Origin: Chamaesiphon sp.
GTDB lineage: Bacteria; Cyanobacteriota; Cyanobacteriia; Cyanobacteriales; Chamaesiphonaceae
Length of the DNA stretch: 64,000 nt
Direction of reading: 5' to 3'
Assembly: GCA_965246735.1 (NCBI GenBank)
Contig: CBDFFK010000002.1
Location: forward strand, 131,855-195,854
In this document: piece after piece, positions 55,910 through 64,000 of the stretch
Layout of the letters: each line of letters begins with the position of its first letter
Position numbering within the stretch: the stretch's first letter is position 1
Notes under the pieces: generated by a model
What the model saw: only the letters and a program-made list of their open reading frames with translations
Told to the model about the DNA's origin: nothing
The model's database searches: none
Translations under genes and position numbers: made by a program

Positions 55910-58528
55910 ATGCAACCAAACAATCCCCAGCAATTTACCGAAAAAGCTTGGCAAGCCGTTACCCAAACCTTAGATATTGCCAAAGCTTCACAGCACCAGC
56001 AGATGGAGTCAGAGCATTTGCTCAAAGCACTGGTCGAGCAAGATGGCTTAGCAACGAGTATCCTCAGCAAGGCTGGGGTAAATCTAGCTCAATTCAGACA
56101 AGGGTTGGACAATTATATCGATAAACAACCCAAGATTTCGGGGCCGATTAGCTCCGTGTATTTAGGACGCAGTATCGATACATTACTCGATCGAGCAGAT
56201 AAATTTCGCAAAGATTATGGCGATGATTTTATTTCGATCGAACATCTCGTTCTAGCTTACCCCCAAGACGACCATTTCGGCAAGCAGTTTTTTGCAGAGT
56301 TCAAGTTAGAAGAAAGTAAATTAAAAACGATCGTAACTCAAATTCGTGGTAGTCAAAAAGTGAGCGATCAAAACCCTGAAGGTAAGTATGAATCGCTCTC
56401 CAAATATGGGCGAGATCTCACAGAATTTGCGCGGCGAGGTAAACTAGATCCAGTCATCGGTCGCGATGATGAGATTCGGCGGACGATCCAAATCCTATCG
56501 CGCCGGACTAAAAATAATCCCGTCCTCATCGGCGAACCTGGTGTCGGTAAAACTGCGATAGCCGAAGGATTAGCCCAGCGAATCATTAGTGGCGACGTAC
56601 CACAATCGCTCAAGGATCGGCAGTTAATTTCGCTCGATATGGGTGCCCTAATTGCTGGCGCAAAATATCGCGGCGAATTTGAAGAAAGACTCAAAGCCGT
56701 CCTCAAAGAAGTTACCGAATCTCAAGGACAAATCATCTTATTTATCGACGAAATTCACACCGTCGTTGGTGCTGGTGCGACTCAGGGGGCAATGGATGCC
56801 GGAAACTTACTCAAGCCGATGATGGCACGGGGCGAGCTGCGCTGTATCGGTGCGACAACGCTCGATGAATATCGCAAGTATATCGAAAAAGATGCTGCTC
56901 TAGAACGGCGGTTTCAACAAGTATATGTCGATCAACCGAGTGTCGAAGATACGATTTCAATCTTGCGCGGTTTAAAAGAGCGGTATGAAGTCCACCACGG
57001 CGTGAAGATCTCCGATAACGCGTTAGTGGCAGCAGCAACCCTATCTACGCGGTATATCAGCGATCGATTCTTGCCAGATAAAGCGATCGATTTAATGGAT
57101 GAAGCTGCCGCCCGACTGAAGATGGAAATCACTTCCAAACCAGAAGAATTGGATGAGATCGATCGGAAAGTCCTCCAATTAGAAATGGAACGGTTGTCGG
57201 TCAATAAAGATACCTCTACCGCCGCTCGCGAACGTCTTCAAAAGATCGAAAAAGAACTGGGAGATCTTAAAGAAGACCAACGCGCACTTACCGCCCAATG
57301 GCAATCAGAAAAAGATATCATCACCGATATCCAAACCATTAAAGAAGAAATCGATAAAGTCAATATCGAAATCCAACAAGCAGAACGCGACTACGACCTC
57401 AATCGCGCAGCCGAACTCAAATACGGCAAATCGATCGAACTCCACCGCAAACTCGAAACCGCCGAAGTCAAACTCGCCCAATCCCAAACTACGGGTAAAT
57501 CTCTGCTGCGCGAAGAAGTAACCGAAGCGGACATCGCCGAAATTATCTCTAAGTGGACGGGTATCCCCCTGACAAAATTAGTCGCCACCGAGCGGGAAAA
57601 ACTGCTCTACCTCGAAGACGAACTGCACAAGCGGGTCATCGGGCAAGAAGAAGCCGTCACCGCCGTCGCCGAGGCGATTCAACGTTCGCGTGCGGGATTA
57701 TCCGATCCCAACCGTCCGATCGCGAGTTTCATCTTTCTTGGCCCGACTGGGGTGGGGAAAACCGAATTAGCAAAAACGCTCGCTAATTATCTCTTCGATG
57801 CTGAGGATGCACTGATTCGGATCGATATGTCCGAATACATGGAAAAACATGCTGTCTCTCGCTTGATTGGCGCACCTCCAGGTTATGTGGGTTATGAAGA
57901 AGGTGGACAACTCACTGAAAGCATTCGCCGTCGCCCCTATGCGACGATCTTATTTGATGAAATCGAGAAAGCACATCCCGATGTGTTTAATGTCTTGCTG
58001 CAAGTCCTCGACGACGGACGCGTGACAGATTCTCAAGGTCGGACGGTAGATTTCAAGAATACCGTGATTATTATGACCAGTAATATTGGGTCGCAATATA
58101 TTCTGGATCTAGCTGGCGATGACTCCAAGTATATCGAGATGAAAACTCGGGTATTGGATGCGCTCAGCCATAGTTTCCGGCCTGAATTTCTCAATCGGAT
58201 CGATGATACGATCATCTTCCACAGTCTCAAGAAAGACCAATTGCGAGATATCGTCAAAATCCAAGTCGCTCGGCTCGAAAAACGGTTGGTCGATCGCAAG
58301 TTGTCACTCAAAATGGCCGAATCTGCGCTCGACTTCCTGGCAAATGTTGGTTACGATCCCGTCTACGGTGCCCGTCCGCTCAAACGGACGATCCAAAAAG
58401 AGTTGGAAACAATTCTCGCCAAAGGCATTTTGCGGGGCGACTTCAAAGAAGGCGATACGGTGTTTGTCGAGGTGCAAAACGAACGATTGGCATTCAATCG
58501 TCTGCCATCAACAGTCACAATGCAATAG
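55910..58528 (+). CDS. clpB: Chaperone ClpB
   Basis: Clp N domain, GEPGVGKT, coiled-coil M domain, [15 protein letters not shown]. Confidence 0.97.
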   Translation: MQPNNPQQFTEKAWQAVTQTLDIAKASQHQQMESEHLLKALVEQDGLATSILSKAGVNLAQFRQGLDNYIDKQPKISGPISSVYLGRSIDTLLDRADKFRKDYGDDFISIEHLVLAYPQDDHFGKQFFAEFKLEESKLKTIVTQIRGSQKVSDQNPEGKYESLSKYGRDLTEFARRGKLDPVIGRDDEIRRTIQILSRRTKNNPVLIGEPGVGKTAIAEGLAQRIISGDVPQSLKDRQLISLDMGALIAGAKYRGEFEERLKAVLKEVTESQGQIILFIDEIHTVVGAGATQGAMDAGNLLKPMMARGELRCIGATTLDEYRKYIEKDAALERRFQQVYVDQPSVEDTISILRGLKERYEVHHGVKISDNALVAAATLSTRYISDRFLPDKAIDLMDEAAARLKMEITSKPEELDEIDRKVLQLEMERLSVNKDTSTAARERLQKIEKELGDLKEDQRALTAQWQSEKDIITDIQTIKEEIDKVNIEIQQAERDYDLNRAAELKYGKSIELHRKLETAEVKLAQSQTTGKSLLREEVTEADIAEIISKWTGIPLTKLVATEREKLLYLEDELHKRVIGQEEAVTAVAEAIQRSRAGLSDPNRPIASFIFLGPTGVGKTELAKTLANYLFDAEDALIRIDMSEYMEKHAVSRLIGAPPGYVGYEEGGQLTESIRRRPYATILFDEIEKAHPDVFNVLLQVLDDGRVTDSQGRTVDFKNTVIIMTSNIGSQYILDLAGDDSKYIEMKTRVLDALSHSFRPEFLNRIDDTIIFHSLKKDQLRDIVKIQVARLEKRLVDRKLSLKMAESALDFLANVGYDPVYGARPLKRTIQKELETILAKGILRGDFKEGDTVFVEVQNERLAFNRLPSTVTMQ

Positions 58529-58659
58529 CCGATAGTTTGAGCTTAAATTTGGGATGCTATTAGTGGGGATAATATGTAGGGGTAAGCCTCGTGTTTACCC
58601 CACTAGGCTGAGTCGGCGAGCCGTCGTGCGGAACATGAAATAACCCTAGTCTAATCGCT

Positions 58660-59145
58660 ATGTTTATGCTAGAAGAAATCAAGCCAATCGCGATCGCAGC
58701 CAAAGACGCACCCCCACGCACCAAGCCCTCAAACTATCCCGAGCCATTTGCATCGCGGATGTCAGGGCGGGTAAAGCACCCACTCGGCGACCTATTTGGA
58801 CTGACAAACTTTGGAGTCAATCTCACCCGCCTAGCGCCGAATGCAGTCTCTGCGCTGCGCCACGCTCATTCCCAACAAGATGAGTTTATCTATATCTTGG
58901 CAGGTTACCCAATATTACAAACCGATGCAGGTCGCACTCAACTCTCTCCAGGCATGTGTGCGGGCTTTAGATCGGGTACTGGCAACGCTCACAACCTGAT
59001 TAATGAGACAGCAGAAGAGGTCGTATATCTCGAAATCGGCGATCGAACCCCAGGAGACGCAGGAACTTATCCCGATGACGACCTGCAAGCAATCCTAGTA
59101 GCCGGGAAATGGCAGTTTACGCATAAAGATGGTACGCCATACTAG
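58660..59145 (+). CDS. Cupin-domain protein
   Basis: LRHAHSQQDEFIYILAG, AHNLIN, VVYLEIGDR. Confidence 0.9.
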   Translation: MFMLEEIKPIAIAAKDAPPRTKPSNYPEPFASRMSGRVKHPLGDLFGLTNFGVNLTRLAPNAVSALRHAHSQQDEFIYILAGYPILQTDAGRTQLSPGMCAGFRSGTGNAHNLINETAEEVVYLEIGDRTPGDAGTYPDDDLQAILVAGKWQFTHKDGTPY

Positions 59146-59212
59146 GCGAGTTCATGAGTATAGCGATTGTAACGTACCGGAGGCAATAGATCGATCGAGC
59201 AAATCTTATGAA

Positions 59213-60184
59213 TCATTTCGGATTGCTATATACAGCTATATTCTCAAATAGTTTTAACTGAATATTTGGGAGAGGACTTACTATATCTATAGAACTATCT
59301 ACTGTATATTCAACAATACAACGAGCGACGTACTCTGCAAGCTTAACCGGAACGGCATTACCAATCATCTGTTCTAAGTCTGATTTATTTCCTGTGAATT
59401 TAAAGGTCTTGGGAAATGTTTGAATATAACTTCGCTCTATTGTTGTCAAAGGTCGCAATCTTTCATCGATATCACACAAATCTCCTGCATGTTTTTTGTA
59501 TGTCTTGGGAATTGGACGATTTACACCTCGAATCGTCGGACTAGGTTCGTGGATACTAAAAACTGCCCTTCTTTTATAGCTTCTGGGATGTCGATAAATA
59601 TATTCAACACCTAATGTATCTCCTAAGTAATCAAAAATGCTCATCGGAGCGGTAGACTGGTTCTTTTTCAGATAAAAACTCAAGGCATCATCTTCGCCAT
59701 CAAGCTGTCCGATCAGAAAGTATCTTTTTCTAGATTGAGGTACGCCACAATGACTTGCATTAATTACTGCAGAGCTGAGACCATATCTACTTTTCTTAAA
59801 TATTTCGATTATCTGCTTGAAAGTTTGACTTTTTGTAATTCGATCGACGTTTTCCATTACAAACCATTTGGGCTTAATCCTAGTAACTATTTCTGTAAAT
59901 GCAACAGATAAATCGGCTCTACCAAGAGTCTCATTTCTTTTGCCCGCACTTGAAAAGTCTTGACACGGTGGGCCACCAATAATAATATCTGGATTGAAAG
60001 CATCAATAAACGAATATATCTCTTTGTTGGATAAATCGGTATCAAAAACAGGATGTTGAAAATTTTCTCGATAAACATCGATAGCTGGATGCCAATTATC
60101 AAAAGCGCCTACAACATCAAAGCCAGCATTTTGAAATCCCAACGTCATCCCGCCACAACCTGAAAATAAATCAATCGTTCTCAT
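59213..60184 (-). CDS. DNA (cytosine-5) methyltransferase
   Basis: DLFSGCGG, GGPPCQDFS, ENV, QSRKR, QMIGNAVP. Confidence 0.96.
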   Translation of the reverse strand: MRTIDLFSGCGGMTLGFQNAGFDVVGAFDNWHPAIDVYRENFQHPVFDTDLSNKEIYSFIDAFNPDIIIGGPPCQDFSSAGKRNETLGRADLSVAFTEIVTRIKPKWFVMENVDRITKSQTFKQIIEIFKKSRYGLSSAVINASHCGVPQSRKRYFLIGQLDGEDDALSFYLKKNQSTAPMSIFDYLGDTLGVEYIYRHPRSYKRRAVFSIHEPSPTIRGVNRPIPKTYKKHAGDLCDIDERLRPLTTIERSYIQTFPKTFKFTGNKSDLEQMIGNAVPVKLAEYVARCIVEYTVDSSIDIVSPLPNIQLKLFENIAVYSNPK

Positions 60185-61313
60185 TTTCTATATCATCACT
60201 ATCATCAATACTAGCACTATCGATAAATAAACCAGCAGTATCATCAAACAAACCTGGGGTATTTAAGATAGCCGCATCTAATCTTCGCTCAGGGCTTAAG
60301 AAATTTTGTCCTCCACCTAATATAATCTCTTTGATAGCATCTTTGTGGATTCGAGGAGTTGTTAATTCAGGGCAACTCATATATGCGTTGGTAATAATGC
60401 CTGAGACTGCAAACGCCTTATCGTTCTTGGTATTATAGGTTAATCGATCGATAATTCCCTTGAAATCGATCGCACCGTTTGAGGCAAAATCAGATAGCAT
60501 TCTATACAGCCAGATAACACTTCTAGCATTTCTGGTGATACCTTTAGCTTTCTCTAGTCTAGCAGTCTTGGTAAAGAGTCGAGTAAATCCAAAATCACTC
60601 CAAACAAATAGATCGAAACACTGTTCTGCTAAAACTTGTGATTTACCATTTGTTTTCCATATTGGTTGGATTAAAAATGGAATTTGTTGTTCTACCTTTG
60701 GAATTAGTGCTTCATCAATTGCAGATGCCATACTACTTATCCAAGGTAGTACTATCTCGATTTCTTCCCAATCAGTAATCGATATATTCCCTAATATCTG
60801 CGCTAATGTGTTTCTGTCATCCTTATAAATTTGAGCTAATCCAAGAGCTAAATACACAATCGTGTCTGGTCTGACGACGATCTCGCACCCATAATTTTGT
60901 TCGTTTAATTTATAGGTTGTGTTATCGGGTAGCGCAGTTAGCTTGACTTCTAGCGCCCGTAATAGTTGAGGAGTTTTGGAAGTTCGATCGATCGTTACTA
61001 AGTCTGCTCTGGGAACGGTACCTTTAGCATATATAGAATATGGAGAAAAGACGGTCTCAAAAGCAAAATGAAGTCGTTCGGTAAGTGGCGGTAATCCAAA
61101 TAAATTTTCTAGAGAGATCTTACTATGATTGACCCGCCGATCCCGATCGAGAGACAGGTATATAGGATTTATACCTATTGAATGCATATAACAAGCTAGA
61201 GATGCCGGAAATGAACTGTTAAACTGATTTTTCCCCCAATACTTTGATTTAGTGAAGTCTCTGTTTGTAAACTCTAGCCCAAATAGCCCAGGATTTAAAA
61301 GATTACCGACCAT
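60171..61313 (-). CDS. Type II restriction endonuclease, HindVP-like
   Basis: PGLFGL..NRDFTK..WGKNQFNSSFPA, LEVKLTALPD, RPDT, NDKAF; overlaps the MTase start; AT-rich. Confidence 0.82.
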   Translation of the reverse strand: MVGNLLNPGLFGLEFTNRDFTKSKYWGKNQFNSSFPASLACYMHSIGINPIYLSLDRDRRVNHSKISLENLFGLPPLTERLHFAFETVFSPYSIYAKGTVPRADLVTIDRTSKTPQLLRALEVKLTALPDNTTYKLNEQNYGCEIVVRPDTIVYLALGLAQIYKDDRNTLAQILGNISITDWEEIEIVLPWISSMASAIDEALIPKVEQQIPFLIQPIWKTNGKSQVLAEQCFDLFVWSDFGFTRLFTKTARLEKAKGITRNARSVIWLYRMLSDFASNGAIDFKGIIDRLTYNTKNDKAFAVSGIITNAYMSCPELTTPRIHKDAIKEIILGGGQNFLSPERRLDAAILNTPGLFDDTAGLFIDSASIDDSDDIENEND

Positions 61314-61388
61314 ATTCAGCAGGATATTTTTATAATGGAAGCGATTGTCATATTCTTGAATAAATATGGTGGAATAAGTATTCGATTG

Positions 61389-63935
61389 TCAATCGCTACT
61401 TTGGCGATATTGTTCGATAAAATCTTGGACTTGTTTACGATATTCGCGGAGGGTTTCATCGACCCAATTGCGATCGTTTCCATTCACATAAATATGTACC
61501 AACGGTTCGCCAGCATCGGGGAGAATCAATACCCAGCGATCGTCTTGATAGTTAATGATTTTCACACCATCTTCGGTATCTAAATACTCTGGTTGGTGAG
61601 TTTCGAGGATATGCCGCATCAAGCCACCTTTGGCAGTCCAGGGACAGCGGATCGAGTGCGTCCGATAATGGACGCGAGGGAGTTCGGCACGAATGCTACT
61701 GAGCGAGCGCTCCTGGCGGCTGAGCATTTCGATCAGTTTCGCGATACAGAACATTGCATCGAAGCCAGGGTGAAACTCTGGGAAGATAAAGCCCATTTCA
61801 CCACTCCCGCCAAGAACGACATTTGGCAATTGCTGACAGGCTTCCATCAGTGCCGTGGGACTGGCTTTGGTGCGTTTGACCTTACCACCATGACGGCGAA
61901 CGATTTGTTCGATCGCGCTAGATACTTGGACGGGAACGACGACGGTACCGCCAGGATAGGCAGTCAGCACGACTTGTACCATTAGGGCAGTCAGCATATC
62001 GCCCCGAATCGGTACCCCTTCCTCATCGACGAGGATCATTTGTTCGCCGTGCGCGGAGACTTGTACGCCAAAGGAGGCTTTGAGCGCGACGACGACATGA
62101 CCGAGTTGATTTAATAATGCCTCGCGCTCGTTGAGCGTCAGGGACATCTGGTTGAGACTGGCATTGAGGACGACTGCATCGCACCCAAATTTGGACAGTA
62201 GCAGCGGTAAGATGGCACCAGAGACGGCATAAGCGTAATCGACTACGACCTTAGAACTGGCATGACGAATGACCTCCAGGTTGAGCTGCTTTTGGAAAGC
62301 GGCTTTATAGATATCCATTCCTTGGGAAAAGCGGTTGACATCGCCGATTTCGGGGATCCGGGCGCGGCGTAAATCTTCCTTGAAGTAGGCCGATTCGATT
62401 TTTTTCTCTTGGGCGGTGGAGATATTAATCCCTCGATCGTCGAAGAATTCAATTAAAATCGAATCCATGCGATCGGGATGCAACCGCACGTGAATCCCGC
62501 CGACCACGGTGATTTCATCTTGGCGTTGGCGGAGGGCATGAATGATTTTCCGCGAGACGGGGATGGCGGTGGCTTCGAGATCTTGAATATTAATGCCTAC
62601 GGACATCAATCCGGCAATTAGCGATCGCGACACCATTCGCGACATATTCCGCTGATCGCGCGAGACGGTTACTTGAGTCCCCTGCTTGAGCGTCGAACCA
62701 TACGCCGCACCCAATTTCACAGCAAATTCCGGCGTGATGTCGATGTTTGCCAACCCCTGTACGCCGCGCTGGGCAAAGAGATTGCGGTGGGCGATCTGCC
62801 CCCAAATCAAGTTGATATTGAGGATCGCTAAGGGTTCGATTTCCTTATTCGGCCACACCCGCACGTTGGGATTGATTTGGGCTTCCTCGCCAACATTACA
62901 TAGTGCCCCCAAGACGGCTCCTTCTAGCACTTGCGCGCCGCGTCCGATCCTCACACCGCGTGCCAAGACGCAACCCCGCAGTTGGGCATCCTCGCCAACG
63001 ATCGAGCCATTCCCTACGATCGGTCGTTTGAGAGTAGCATTTCTGCCGATCGCCACATTATCACCCACGATCGTCTCGGCGGAAATTGTTACCCGTGCAC
63101 CGATCTTACAATTCGAGCCAATGACCGCAGGCGCTTCAATTTTAGCTGTCGGATCGATATAAGTATTCGCCCCAATTCTAATCCCCGGACTGGTTTCGGG
63201 GAAAGGCCAATCGATTTTGACCTTACCTCGCAGCACATCGTATTGCGCCTCGCGATAGATGTCGAGTTGACCGATATCGCACCAATATCCATCGGCGACA
63301 TAGCCATACATCGGCACATCGTGGGCGAGCAGTTGGGGAAAGAGATCTTGCGAAAAATCAGCTTCAGTGTCGAGATGTAAGTAGTCGAGGACTTCTGGTT
63401 CGAGGATATAAATCCCCGTATTGACGGCATCGGAAAAAATTTCACTCGCTGATGGTTTTTCCAGAAAGCGGCGAATGCGATCGTCTTCATCGACGATCAC
63501 CAGCCCAAAATCGGTGGGATTAGGAATGTGCGCGAGAATAATTGTCGCTTTGGCACCTTTGCGACGGTGGAACTCGATCGCACTAGTCAGATCGATATCG
63601 GTGAGACTATCGCCACTTATAACTAGAAATGTACCCCCCAGGATTTCTTCAACATTTTTGACGCATCCCGCAGTTCCCAAGGCGCGTTCGGCTTCGATCG
63701 CATAGTGAATTTTGACCCCAAAGTCACTCCCGTCGCCAAAATACTGCTGGATCGCTTCCGGCAAATAATGCAGGGTGATGATAATTTCTGTAATCTGATG
63801 GCGCTTGAGCAGATTGATAATATGTTCGGCGATCGGACGGTCGATCGCTGGTACCATCGGTTTGGGAAGTTCGCAGGTCAACGGTCTCAATCTCGTTCCC
63901 GAACCTCCCGCCATCAATACCGCTCGCAGTTGCAT
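61389..63935 (-). CDS. Mannose-1-phosphate guanylyltransferase fused to a phosphomannomutase-like domain
   Basis: AVLMAGGSGTRLRPLT, hexapeptide repeats, LFAQRGVQG PGM/PMM-like C-terminus lacking a recognisable SHN catalytic motif. Confidence 0.9.
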   Translation of the reverse strand: MQLRAVLMAGGSGTRLRPLTCELPKPMVPAIDRPIAEHIINLLKRHQITEIIITLHYLPEAIQQYFGDGSDFGVKIHYAIEAERALGTAGCVKNVEEILGGTFLVISGDSLTDIDLTSAIEFHRRKGAKATIILAHIPNPTDFGLVIVDEDDRIRRFLEKPSASEIFSDAVNTGIYILEPEVLDYLHLDTEADFSQDLFPQLLAHDVPMYGYVADGYWCDIGQLDIYREAQYDVLRGKVKIDWPFPETSPGIRIGANTYIDPTAKIEAPAVIGSNCKIGARVTISAETIVGDNVAIGRNATLKRPIVGNGSIVGEDAQLRGCVLARGVRIGRGAQVLEGAVLGALCNVGEEAQINPNVRVWPNKEIEPLAILNINLIWGQIAHRNLFAQRGVQGLANIDITPEFAVKLGAAYGSTLKQGTQVTVSRDQRNMSRMVSRSLIAGLMSVGINIQDLEATAIPVSRKIIHALRQRQDEITVVGGIHVRLHPDRMDSILIEFFDDRGINISTAQEKKIESAYFKEDLRRARIPEIGDVNRFSQGMDIYKAAFQKQLNLEVIRHASSKVVVDYAYAVSGAILPLLLSKFGCDAVVLNASLNQMSLTLNEREALLNQLGHVVVALKASFGVQVSAHGEQMILVDEEGVPIRGDMLTALMVQVVLTAYPGGTVVVPVQVSSAIEQIVRRHGGKVKRTKASPTALMEACQQLPNVVLGGSGEMGFIFPEFHPGFDAMFCIAKLIEMLSRQERSLSSIRAELPRVHYRTHSIRCPWTAKGGLMRHILETHQPEYLDTEDGVKIINYQDDRWVLILPDAGEPLVHIYVNGNDRNWVDETLREYRKQVQDFIEQYRQSSD

Positions 63936-64000
63936 ATCTTTTCTAGGGGTTAGGGGTTAGTAAATTCCCCTCTAAGGAGGGGTGCCCGAACGGGCGGGGT

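Overview
A 64-kb chromosomal window from a cyanobacterium (dense HIP1 GCGATCGC/CGATCG, raf1; style consistent with a Chamaesiphon-like strain, an inference). Housekeeping genes: mfd, gnd, jag-yidC-rnpA-rpmH cluster, gatB, glcF, ftsH, argS, clpB, a mannose-1-phosphate guanylyltransferase, tRNA-Ser(CGA) and SRP RNA. Accessory material: (i) a ~12-kb signalling cluster (5.8-17.5 kb) headed by a kinase with an intact ETR1-type ethylene-binding domain and interrupted by a complete IS1634; (ii) two tandem SRP RNA genes, one canonical and one with a conserved lower stem but altered apical loop; (iii) a protein resembling the Legionella ADP-ribosylhydrolase MavL; (iv) a Bcs1-like AAA ATPase; (v) a HindVP-like type II R-M pair; (vi) a group II intron 3' remnant; (vii) many small nested repeats (MITEs with 5-bp target duplications, TGTCTTG...CGC hairpin modules, a 24-nt element inserted in frame into a HIP1 site, a 4x40-bp array). 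No CRISPR array or prophage seen. Family assignments come from reading motifs, not from database searches.
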